64,000 nucleotides of DNA, taken from assembly GCA_051294375.1 (NCBI GenBank), contig CM119270.1, positions 9,425,530 through 9,489,529 of the forward strand, read 5' to 3'. Positions 1-10,468 of the stretch are shown here, piece by piece (position 1 is the stretch's first letter; each line of letters opens with the position of its first letter). The notes below the pieces were generated by a model. That model ran no database searches. It was not told where the DNA came from and was given only the letters and a program-made list of their open reading frames with translations. This stretch comes from Paraspadella gotoi (taxonomy: Eukaryota > Animalia > Chaetognatha). A program made the translations under genes and the position numbers.

Positions 1-199
1 CTTATACCAGTGGCTGCGCCAATACATGTAAATCGCTTTCAAGGCTTAAACTGAACTGTTACTGCGGTATTAATAATATTTTCTAACTTATATCTTTTTT
101 AATTTGCATCATTTTTTTTAATTTGCATCATTCTTTTCAACTTGCATCTTTTCTTATAACTCGCATCATTTTTTCAACTTACATCATACAACGTACAAC

Positions 200-988
200 G
201 TACCACCAGTGAACATTAATTTAAAAAACATTTATTTGATATTTTTTAATTTTCGCTTTCGCTATATTTTATATATGTACTGATGGCAGATTAGATTTCT
301 CGTCAAAAGTTGATAAAAGAAAATATAACTCATTTTTAAAAAATTCTTTCTTTATTACTTAAAGTTTAAAAAAATTAAAAAACTATATTTTAAAAAACAC
401 AAAAATTTAATTTTCAGCTTAAATTATAGGTTTTTCTAATTTTTGACCAGCTTAATGTAAGAATTTATAAAAAAGAGTTATATTTATTTTTATCAACTTT
501 TTGTGACGAATCCAAATCTGATAAAAAACCATTTAGAAATTTTAACATTTATTGGGATAGTACTATATATAAATATAGCCTAATACGTAAATAACAAAAA
601 TTATAATAATTTTTTTTATACATTAATGTTTGTAGTCGGGCATTGCCTAGGTTCACCCCGCCTATAAGCTTGACACCTTCAGTCGTGACCCTGTGGCTCA
701 TTGAGCAAAGCCATCAGATCATGACCACTTGGTACTGAGTTTAATCCCAACCCAGTACCTCCCCTGCGAGAAACGTGAGGATGGCCGTAAGCCACCTTGA
801 GGTCGTGGAAAACCCTGGTTCCAAGCCCAGGACCCCTTCCATGGCTGCTAGAGGGGGTTAAAAAGTTGCGGATAGTACTCTTCAGCCCCAAGTACTGCTT
901 TATCCACATGTTCACTAGTACAACGTTTTTCATACCTAACTTTTAGAATTTTAATTTAAGTTGAATTTAAACTTTTTACTACGCTTTA
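200..988. mobile_element. Truncated copy of hAT MITE family (TAAGGCGTAGT TIR), interrupted by solo LTR A
   Basis: Colinear with 32109-32741 (ccagtgaacattaat..., ctcgtcaaaagtt, gacgaatccaaatctg) and ends ...TTTTACTACGCTTTA at 988. The other TIR was not found, so the left boundary is approximate. Confidence 0.7.
631..908 (+). mobile_element. Solo LTR, family A (tRNA-containing LTR, Helenus-like TRIM)
   Basis: Termini TGTAGTCGGG...TTATCCACA with a perfect 4-bp TSD TGTT (627-630 / 909-912). Removing it restores TAATGTTCACT, the motif seen uninterrupted in sister hAT MITE copies (e.g. 4021). Internal A-box-like TGGCTCATTGAG and a degenerate B-box. Confidence 0.85.
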
Positions 989-1801
989 GTGGTCACCTCG
1001 GAATGAACCTTAGCCGTACGGTTAAGCCTTTTCCTTCAACCCTCTTAGAAGATTTGACTGGTGAGTGCTGACGCGATCCAATAGCTATTATCACGTCATA
1101 TCAAAATCAAAATAATGATTCTAAAACTGTTAAGCATTTTAAGTAGTATGGTCGGGAACAATCAACGCTTTGTTAAAAAAAAATAAATCTAAACAAGTGA
1201 CCGAAAAACGCAAAATTACCAAAATCCTGAATCGTTTACGCGATTTCTTTTTGTTGTTTGTATAAAAACGGATCTTCGGGCGAATGGATCTTCTTTTAGG
1301 TTTTGTTAGTATTTTTAGGGTTTAATTTATTATATTAACTCAATTGTAAACTATATAAAATGATATATTGACAATTTTCTCATACACACCGAGAATTCCT
1401 ACCGAAATCCTTAAACGTTTAATTCTCTTTCTGTGCCCATCGATTTTTTATTTCAAGCAGACGGCGATGGGCGCTATTCCAGGTCACGACTGTGTTCTTT
1501 ACTACCCTTTTCCTTTCTTTCTCTCTTTCTCTCTTTCTCTCTTTCTCTCTCCAATATCGCCAGGATCGCCAGGATTCTCGGTCACGACCATTCATTGTCC
1601 AATTGGCGCCCCCCCCCCGCCTCCTTCCCTCTCGCGGCCACGCCCTCCTCCTCATCTCCGCAGAGGGAGCCACCTCAACCACATCTGCTGGCCCCTTTGA
1701 TGATTTCCGGTTGGTCCTTCAGCTTAATTGGCAGCCTGACACATCGGACCTTTGCAAATTGACAACATGTTCGCGAGAGAGAAATGGAATTTATCCGCAA
1801 T

Positions 1802-2888
1802 TAGTGTTCCGATAACCGTTAACTGTTAACGGTTAATAACGGTTAAAAATAATTTTAACTTATAATAATATATTTATTTTAACGGTTAAATTCGGTTAAT
1901 TTTCAAATGTGATTTTTTTTCATTTTTTGGTATGAAATCTTTAAATTTAAAAAAAAGCTATTTTTTTCCTATCCTCTCTTATTCTCCTCTCCCCTTCTCA
2001 CCATATTTTTACCCCTCTCTCTCTTCTCCACTTTTCCCCTTTTTCTTCCCCCATTTCTTATCTCTCCTTTTTTCTCCCTTTTTCTCCCTTCCATGCTATA
2101 ATATATATTCAATTTAGTTAAAAATAAATAATCCTTCTTATTTTACTTTTTTCCCTCTTTAAAATGAACAAAGAAGCAAATGAAATAAAACCGAATGAAT
2201 GAAAAAAATTAATAAAAAACCGAATAAAAAAATTTTTATAAAAAATTAAAAAATTGATAATAGAAGGAAAAAATTAAAAATTAAAAATTAAAAAAGACAT
2301 TAAGGCTAATTAAAAACTAAAACTACTTTTTAATTATCTGTAAAATATATTTATTAATCAATAAATATTTTGATCAATCGATAAATCAACCAGTCTATCA
2401 ATAAATTAAAATTCATATTTATATTAATGGTCAATGACCATTGGTCATGGTTTATGAAAGACTAACAACAGAAAACAAGCGTTCAAGAAACTAACAACTA
2501 CAAAAATGAGGAAGAGAGGTAGTGAAAAAAAAATAGAAAGCAAAATGAAGAAGAGAATATACAAAATATACTAGAATTAGTATTCGATGGTATCCTTTCA
2601 TTTCGTTGCATTATGAGATTAGCAAAAATATTTGTTTTGTTACAACAACCATTTTATTTGACAGAAAAAACAGACATGTTTCGACTCTGTTTCGAGTCTT
2701 CTTCAGCGCATTCAGGAGCCAGAGTTAAAGAGAAAATACCATTAAATACTTTAGTTTGTTTTAAATCTTTATATTTTAAATTTAAAGTTAAATTATAAAA
2801 TTAACCGATCTTAACTGTTAACCGTTAAAAATGTTACTTTTAACGGTTAAGCGAATTTTCTAAAAAATTAACGGTTATCGGAACTCTA
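1802..2888. mobile_element. Non-autonomous hAT-type element
   Basis: TIRs TAGTGTTCCGATAACCGTTAA / TTAACGGTTATCGGAACTCTA. 8-bp TSD TCCGCAAT / TCCACAAT (7/8). Repeated subterminal TAACCGTTA/TAACGGTTA motifs at both ends. Confidence 0.85.
2666..2713 (-). ncRNA. Minimal type I hammerhead ribozyme (Penelope-like-element type)
   Basis: Minus strand reads gaatgcg CTGAAGA A GACTC gaaaca GAGTC GAAA CATGTC tgttttt. The core CUGANGA/GAAA is complete, stem II is 5 bp, stem III is the palindrome ACATGT, the cleavage triplet is GUC, and stem I is weak and G-U rich. Confidence 0.75.
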
Positions 2889-2951
2889 TCCACAATCATT
2901 GACGATAAAAGAATGACTGCCGTTAAGTTAAGTTTTAATTCGAATAAGTTT

Positions 2952-3210
2952 TGCATAAGTTCACCCAACCTATAAGCATGACACCTTCAATTTGTGACTC
3001 AGTGGCTCAATTCAAATGAACACTATAGACTATTACTACTATTTGGGTTTCTATAAAGAGAAACTTATCAATTTCATTCTTCTTATTCTCATCTAGGATT
3101 TGGACGTTTTCCATTAATGTTTATTTAACCTTATTATTGTTTACTAAGATTGATTAATGTTTATCATTCATGCTTATAATCGGGGTGAACTTATGCAATG
3201 CTTGATTACA
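2952..3210. mobile_element. Two inverted 5' fragments of LTR family A
   Basis: 2952-3009 (+) tgcataagttcacccaacctataagcatgacaccttca...gtggctca, and 3168-3210 (-) TGTAATCAAGCATTGCATAAGTTCACCCCGATTATAAGCATGA, both match the start of LTR A. Confidence 0.65.
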
Positions 3211-3274
3211 TATGTAGTAACGGACGCGACCGTTACTCGCTACTAGTATCGACAGCATTACCGACGTTGTACAG

Positions 3275-4094
3275 TAAGGCGTAGTAAAATTTCTAAATTT
3301 AGATTTTAATTAAAATTCTAAAAGTGAGGAACGAACAACATTATACTAATAAACATTTATGTAATAAAAAAATTATAATAAATTTTACAATTTACGCAGT
3401 AGGCCATATTTATACTTAGTCTAAACCAATAAATGTTAAAATTTCAAACAGTTTTTTAAGATTTTTTTGCAGATTTGGATTCGTCATAAAAAGTTGATAA
3501 AAAGAAATATAACTCTTTTTGAAAAATTCCTTCATTAAGTGGGTCAAAAAATTAGAATAAGCTATATATTTTAAGCTGAAAATAAAACTTTTTATATAAT
3601 ATATAGTTTTTTAAATTTTTAAACCACTTAATGAAAGAATTTTTAAAAATGATTTATATTTCTTTTAACAACTTTTGACGAGGAATTCAATCTGCAATCA
3701 AAATTAAGAAAAGCCTATTTTGAAATTTGTTCGATTTTAATAAGGCATTGAATTATTTTCTCTCTTTTCGTTGCTAAGTGAATATTAGGAAATGTTTATT
3801 GAGTGCCAATACAACGATTTTTTATTATCAATAGTACATGTTTCGACTCTGCTGATGAAGACTCGAACCAGCGAAGAGTCGAAACATGTACTATTGATAA
3901 TACAAATCGTTGTATTGGCACTCAATAAACATTTCCTAAGATTTTATAAGGATAGTACTATATATAATATAGCCTACTGGCGAAAATTAAAAAACATAAA
4001 ATAATTTTTTTTTAATAAATTAATGTTCACTGATGGTATGTTGTTCATAATTGACTTTTCAGAATTTTCGTATGTAACTTTCACTACGCCGATA
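3275..4094. mobile_element. hAT MITE (TAAGGCGTAGT TIR) carrying a Penelope-like insert
   Basis: Begins TAAGGCGTAGTAAAA and ends TTTCACTACGCCGATA. TSD TTGTACAG / CTGTACAG (7/8). Colinear with 32109-32741 (inverted) and 60662-61008. Confidence 0.85.
3785..3939 (+). ncRNA. Penelope-like remnant: ~65-bp-arm palindrome with a hammerhead ribozyme core at its centre
   Basis: Arms 3785-3850 and 3875-3939 are near-perfect inverted repeats. Core CTGATGA A GACTC ...GAGTC GAAA CATGTA at 3852-3890. The insert is flanked by gattttaataagg (3733-3745) / gattttataagg (3940-3951); this motif is single in the empty MITE copy near 60856. Confidence 0.8.
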
Positions 4095-4151
4095 CTGTAC
4101 AGTGAGTGTACTCTGTACAGTACAGTGTACACCTGAGTGTGTTTGTAAATT

Positions 4152-4418
4152 TGTGGGATAAACGCTAAGTGGGCAGAGATGACTATCCGTAACTTCTATA
4201 ATCCCCTCTAGCAGACATGGAACGGGTCCTGGGCTTTGGAACCAGGCTTTGAGGGTTACCGGCCATCCTCACTCTTCCCGCAGGTAAGGTATCTCGGGTT
4301 TGGGATTGAACCCGGTACCTAGTGGTCATGAGCGATGGCTTTACCTCAATGAGCCACCGGGTCACACTGAAAGTGTCATGCTTATAGGCGGGGTGAACCT
4401 AGGCAATGCCCGACTACA
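4152..4418 (-). mobile_element. Solo LTR, family A (best-preserved tRNA-like cassette, 4291-4363)
   Basis: Reverse complement runs TGTAGTCGGG...TTATCCCACA and contains GACCCGG TGGCTCATTGAGG TAAAGC...GGTTCAATCCC. Flanks AATT / AATA give an imperfect 4-bp TSD. Confidence 0.8.
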
Positions 4419-4424
4419 AATAGC

Positions 4425-4900
4425 CATAGCCGATGAAATTTTAATGCTAATGTATACAGCGTTAAAATAATCTATCATGACCATAGATTATAAGTATTTT
4501 TTGTCAAAAATGCTTTTTTCTGAGAGTAATAGCCTAATTAAAAATAGTATATTATTATATTAAGCAAAAAATATTTTTTTAAAATCTTAAAATTTTTTGA
4601 TGGATTCTGATAGAGCATAAAAAGTTAAACGAGAAATATAACTACAGCTTTTAAAAATTCTTACGTTTTTTAAGTGAAAATATTTTTATCTGAATCTGGT
4701 CTTAAAATTTAAAAATTCTTTAAAAAAATTTTGGGCTTTCCTATCTATAAATAAAAATTTAAAAATTAATTATGAGGGATGGATTGATAGAGAGCCATAT
4801 TAGAAATTTTTTGTCCATTGAAAGTATTCTTAAAAATGTCTAAATATTCGTTTGAGCATGTACTCACTCTAAATTTTTGACTCACCCCATTGAGTGCGGC
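4425..4900. repeat. Unclassified AT-rich interspersed repeat
   Basis: Colinear with ~19015-19535 and partly with 6415-6555 (gattctgatagagc, ctatctataaataaaaatt, caccccattga). The sequence next to the 19 kb copy (19550-19608) is the reverse complement of window positions 7-63. Confidence 0.6.
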
Positions 4901-5424
4901 TACCCCTACTACAGATTTACTATGCCGATGAATATTTTGAAAGTAAAAAGAGAAAATTAACTCATTCAACAGAAAAAATGTAAATAACAACCATAAAAAA
5001 TCCCACTCAGATTGCATCAAAATGTCTTATCACTGCCCCCAAAAAAGTAAGTTTCTATATCTATTTCTCTATATTTCTCTCTCTATTCTATCTCTCTCTT
5101 CTCTTTCTCTCTTCTCTATCACTATCTCTCTCGCTTATTTTCCAATGGCGATATTACTATCTTCAATTTTTAATAATGACGGTTATGACAAGTCTTCTGA
5201 TAGCAAAAGCGGCGAAACAATTTTTTCGGCCTCCGATCGCTTCCCTGATTGATGATTTTTCAAATAGCAACAAATAAAAAAATTAAAGAAATAAAAATAA
5301 AGAATGTTTATTTTAAAAAAAATGTGTAAATAAAAATAGGGGGAAAAATCTTAAAAGAGTAGTGATCTCGTCAGACGGCACTATCAAAGAAAATTAATGA
5401 AAAAATCCGAGAAAAAAAAAGAAT

Positions 5425-5650
5425 GATTGATGCGATAACGAATTATTGATGTAATAGTAATTGATTGATGTAATAGTAATTTATTGATGTAATAGGAATT
5501 TATTATTAATGCAAAGATAGCCAAAGATTGATGCAATGATAACCAAATATTGATGCGATGATAACCAAAGGATTGATGTGATGATAATTAACGGATTGAA
5601 GCGATAACCAAAGATTGATTCGATGATAACCAAATTATGGATGCGATGGC
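5425..5650. repeat. Degenerate ~18-22 bp minisatellite (gattgatgcgatgataaccaaa-like)
   Basis: Visible periodicity. A related 23-bp array tcattcattgatgcgat lies at 6167-6250. Confidence 0.6.
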
Positions 5651-6830
5651 AAAAATGGCGAGTCCAAGAAGCTGGCGAATTTATTGCATCTTCGGTTGGT
5701 GGGGAGACCCAGACAACGGAGAAGCAGATGCAGTTGCAGTTTTTTTCAAAGCCAAGACAAAATTGCGATTCGCGCAAAGAAATTAGTGTAGCTAAGGACT
5801 AAGGGAGGCGATACTGTGGGCCCCAACGCCTTCAGGCCCTCTAGCGCCACTCTATTGCCACGCCTACTCTGAAGAGAGAGTCTTTTCTCATTGATCCAAT
5901 TATCGTTTAAGTAAACTCTCTTTTGTTTATTTGCTCACTTTTTGCCTATACTCTCTGCAGAGGCAATAAAGAAGGACTAATTCAAATCTCCAGAAAAGTA
6001 GGTTTAGTTAGCTAGTTTGACATAAAAAATGAAACATGAAAAATACTTAATTTACATTGTTTGCAAGATTTTTGAACGACATCACAATCATTTTGGTTCT
6101 CAAACATCTGGATTGTTCTTCTAGACAGGAACTAGACAATATGAAATAGTGCCTTCAAAATAATAATCATTCATTGATGCGATGATGTTCATTCATTGAT
6201 GAGATGATAGTCATTCATTGATGCGATAATAGTTATTCATTGACGCGATAAGTCAATGAGAGAGAGAGAGAGAGAAAGAAAGAGAGAGAGAGATAAAGAA
6301 AGAGAGAGAGAGAGCAAAAAAGAGAGAGAGAGAGAGAAAAAAAAGATAGAGAGAAGCTGGACAGCCGCTGCAGAGCTGAATTCATTTTTAGACGAATCTG
6401 AATAAGGACCAACCCCTTTCCTATCTATAATTAAATATTAAAAAATAAATATTTGAGTATAGAGCCATATAAAAATTGTTTTGTATATTGAAAGTATACT
6501 TAAAAATGTATAAATTTTTGTATATAAATTTTTGACTCACCCCATTGAGTGGGGCTACCTCTATTCAGAAGAAAAAAAGAGAGAGAGAGAGAGCAACATA
6601 TAATTAAAAGAGAGTGAAGCTGGACTGCCGCTGGACAGCCGCTGCAGAGAAAAAGAAAGAGAGAGAGCGACATATAAGTAAAAAAAAAGAGAAAGAAGCT
6701 GGACAGCCCCATTACTCGTCCAAAAAACAGCAGTCCTTATGACGCTGGAGTTAGCACGAGCTCCTCCTAACCTAAAGGACTCGGGTTCGTGCTTTCCTGA
6801 TCCATACAAGAAAGTCGGCATATATATATA

Positions 6831-8207
6831 CCATCTTGGAAAATGAATAAGTCACCAAATTTTAAAGTTAGTTAATTGTATATTAAAATTTAAATATAAC
6901 AGAAAAAATGGGTATCAATATGTAGTGTGACCTCCCTTGCTCTTCACAACTTCATTTATTCTGTTCGGCATTGAATCATAGAGCGACTGTAGGTATTCCA
7001 AGGAGAGGTTATCCCAAACTTTTTTGATAAGTCGTTTCATGGCTTGCAGAGATGTTGGACATTTGTTTCTCAGTCGATTTTTCATCTCTGACCACACATT
7101 TTCGATCGGATTGAGATCCAGAGAGTTCCCAGGCCAGTCAGGTAGAAGTTTAACCCCATTTTGGCGATACCACTCTTTTGTCTCCTTGGCTCGATGTGGA
7201 AGGGCGTTGTCTTCCATAAAAACTCCACCTCGGACGAATTCCTTTATCATCGCTTCCTCCAGAATTTCTCTGTATTTGGCGCTATCAGCGCGTCCCGAAA
7301 TGAAGATTAACTTTGACTTGGCACGGGAAGAGATTGCACCGAACACCATGACCTTCGGTTGCTGCTTAACCGTCTGCAATATGCAATGAGGATGCAATGC
7401 TTCGCCGACGCGACGTCGAACGTGTTGATTCCTCCCATATTCTCTTAGTTGAAACCAGGATTCATCGCTGAACCGAACTCGGGACCAATGAGCAACTGAC
7501 CAGATGACTTTTCGCAAAAGATAATCTTTTTTGACGCATTGCTGCAGTTTGAGTGGCTTTTGTCGTGGTTTTCTCGCCTGAATCCCTCGTTCCACCAAAC
7601 GGTTGTTCACAGTTTTACGTCAAACCTTTACTCCAGATTTTGTCATCCACTTTTTCCGAAGGCTCACAGTTGAATCGAATCGGTTTTGTAGTGCCAAGTT
7701 CTCCAGTTGTCGATCCTGAGCCTTGGTTGTGGCCCGTTGCTTCCCGGAACCTATTTTTCTTTTAGTGTTGCCAGCATCACGGTAAGATTTGACCAGCCGC
7801 TGCACACTTCGAAGATTCACTCTTAGCTGCTTAGATATGGAAGTATTCTTGATACCCGCTTTATGCAATTCAATTATAGATGCACGTTGATCACTTGTAA
7901 AATGCCAACGTTGAGGCATAATAAAAAAATACAGTGTAAAATAAAAAAAAATGAAGGAAAAAATTATTAAAATCTGAAATACGCCAAACGCAAAAAGAAA
8001 AAAAAAATTGATCTCCTTCTTTTCTTTCCTCTGCGCTGACAGCAATTTTAATCAAAATCTAACATAAACCGGCTCCATTTGATTGAAAATCGCCAAGCTT
8101 TCTGGAAATATAATTTTTTTATTTCGATTATGTTAGGAAGGTGTTTAAAAATGATCGAGAAGTTTGGCGACTTATTCATTGAAAGCTTATTTGGCGACTT
8201 ATTCATT
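6831..8207 (-). mobile_element. Tc1/mariner element with partial TIRs
   Basis: Starts after a TA run. AATGAATAAGTCACCAAA (6842-6859) is inverted as TTTGGCGACTTATTCATT (8163-8180, duplicated at 8190-8207). The outer part of this TIR is replaced by another repeat. Confidence 0.7.
6915..7919 (-). pseudogene. Tc1-type DD35E transposase pseudogene (~334 codons)
   Basis: ATG at 7919. Paired-like HTH N-terminus (RASIIELHKAG...GSGKQRATT), then FSDES, VMVFGAIS, FMEDNALPH, WPGNSLDLNPIENVW and the C-terminal SMPNRI...KGGHTTY. In-frame TGA at 7620-7622 (VKV*RKTVNNRL) joins the two listed ORFs. Confidence 0.93.
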
Positions 8208-8352
8208 GAAAGCTTGCAGGGACCTGCTATGTCATTATCTTGTAAGAGTGATGGAGGCCTTAAACCACCAAAGCCTGTCCAAAGTCAGGGGCAAGATAGC
8301 TTATTTATTAAATGAATGGATAATTTTTATATTGGTTGTACCAATTTCATAT
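8208..8352 (+). repeat. Fragment of the repeat that forms the ~345-bp tandem array at 49660-50580
   Basis: gaaagcttgcagggacctgctatg...ttggttgtaccaatttcata recurs at ~49760, ~50095 and ~50447, and inverted at ~57805-57928. Confidence 0.75.
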
Positions 8353-8425
8353 ATATAAATTTTTTTTATAAATAAAACAACAAATGCGTGTTATGTGAGA
8401 AAGAGAGAGAGAGAAAAAAAGAGAG

Positions 8426-8462
<37 letters not shown>

Positions 8463-8727
8463 CTGGACTGCCACTGCAGAGCCTGAACTCGTTTTTAGAC
8501 AAATCAACTCCCTATGATATCACACTTTTAATAAAATCATTTGTAATTGATAGTAGTTTGTAGAGAAGTTCCGTCTCTCTATGCCGCTCCAAGCAATATC
8601 AGTTGGTCCAGGAAAGACTCGGCTATATACCGCAACCGACAAGGCATCCACTGACTCTATACTGTCAATAAATCTCGACGAAAAATGTAGAAGAAATCGT
8701 AAAGAAATCAAAATATAATCGAGATAT

Positions 8728-9341
8728 TACGCGGGCCATATCCTTGCAGTTTAAACTGTTAAACTTCGCGCAGTTCCGGGGAAGAGAACTATAAGTTCAC
8801 CGCAACTACGCCCTGCGGCGGCCTTCGCCGGGGATATCATCCCGGCAAATCCCCGCCCCAATTCATGACGGGGACGAGAAATGGCCCACTCTCTCTCTCT
8901 CTCTCTCTTTCACTCTCTTTCTGTTTCTCTTTGTCTCTCAAAAGTTCCTTATTTTTTAATATATTTTTAATTACTACAGAAATATTAATGACAGAAGAGG
9001 TAAGACAAAAAAAAGACAAAAAGAAAGATATGAAAAAAATGAAAAAAAATAAAGAAAGAAGGAAAAAAAGAAAGAAAAAATTACTAATTATTATTAATTG
9101 ATAATTGTTATTATTGATTAGTTGGTTATTCTGTTTTGTTTTTATTTTAATTTAATTTAGTTTTTTTAAAAAGATAATTAATAAAAAACATAGAATATAG
9201 TTTTATTTTATATTTTTAATTCAGAAGATTTAAAATCAATTACATGTATCTATCGTATCAATCAGACCATTTTCATTTAAAAGGGAAAAAAAGAAAGAGA
9301 AGAGTGCAGAGAAGTAAGAAAAAAAAAAAAAAAAATACAGT

Positions 9342-9382
<41 letters not shown>

Positions 9383-10039
9383 ATTGATTGATTTATTTAT
9401 TATGCTCAAAATATGAATGTTTAACACAGTAACAATGTAACAGTTAATGAGCCGTAACATATACATGTATGTACACATTTTAAAGAAATGTAAATAAAAT
9501 AACAAAACAAAAAATACAAAGTGGACTAATTATATACATAGTTTTAAATTTCAGTATTTACACATAGATCCCGTTCCTTTTTTAACGTTCCACACTCTCT
9601 CTATCCGAATCATCGATATGCTTTATTTTTTTTGATTCTATTGGTCTATTGTTCTCTTCCGTCCGCGGCTCAGGTCGCGGACCTGACTCGAACCTGACCC
9701 CGACGGGTCATTCTCTTCTCTTCTCTTCTCTTCTCTTTCTCTCTCGCAGCGGCATCCGGGTTTCGATGATCAGAGTCCGTGAAAGTCGCGGATCGAGACT
9801 CTCTTCTGCTCTTTCCTTAATAAATCATTTTTTTAAAAAAAATTGAAAAATAAAAATTATATTTTTTTAATTTAAAATGTCTACAGGTGTTCGTGATCGT
9901 TCGTGATCTACTATTCGAATTTTGATTCCACTTGATTTTTATATTTTTGCTATGCTTCAGTAGACAGAGAGAGAGAAGAAAGTGAGAGAGAGATAAGAAT
10001 AGAAAAAAATAAAAAAAAGAAATAGAGAGAGATAGAGAT

Positions 10040-10079
<40 letters not shown>

Positions 10080-10468
10080 AAATAGAAAAAGAAAAAGAGA
10101 AAGGTAGACAGAGAGAGATAAATAAAATAGAGGGTTTAGGAATGAATCTAAATGCAAATAAATTATTTATAATGACATCGCAGGAGAATCAATTAAAATA
10201 TTTTTACAACAAGGACTCCCCATGATGAACAGATCTAGTGATTTGTGGCGGGGATAGGGCTTCAAACGTTAATCCCCATCAAAAATATTGGCGGGGATTC
10301 CCCGTCCATGGATAAGGCAGAGGGCTTCAAACAGTGATCCCCGTAAAAAATAGTAGCGGGATTCCCAAAACAGAGGGAAAAAAAGACAGTTTTCGTGAAC
10401 AGAAAGAGGCGCGCAGTTCAAACTGTCCCCTTATAGGCAGTTCAAACTGCGCCTTATTGGACGGCGTC
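8728..10468. mobile_element. Possible non-autonomous DNA transposon (imperfect terminal and subterminal inverted repeats)
   Basis: Left ACGCGGGCCATATCCTTGCAGTTTAAACTG versus right (revcomp) ACGCCGTCCAATAAGGCGCAGTTTGAACTG. Inverted aatccccgcc / ggcggggatt motifs inside both ends. No TSD found. Confidence 0.4.

Noticed and set aside
4291-4363. Functional tRNA-Met gene
   Set aside because: Acceptor and anticodon stems do not pair properly, there is no oligo-T terminator, and it is embedded in a TG...CA repeat. It is tRNA-derived only.
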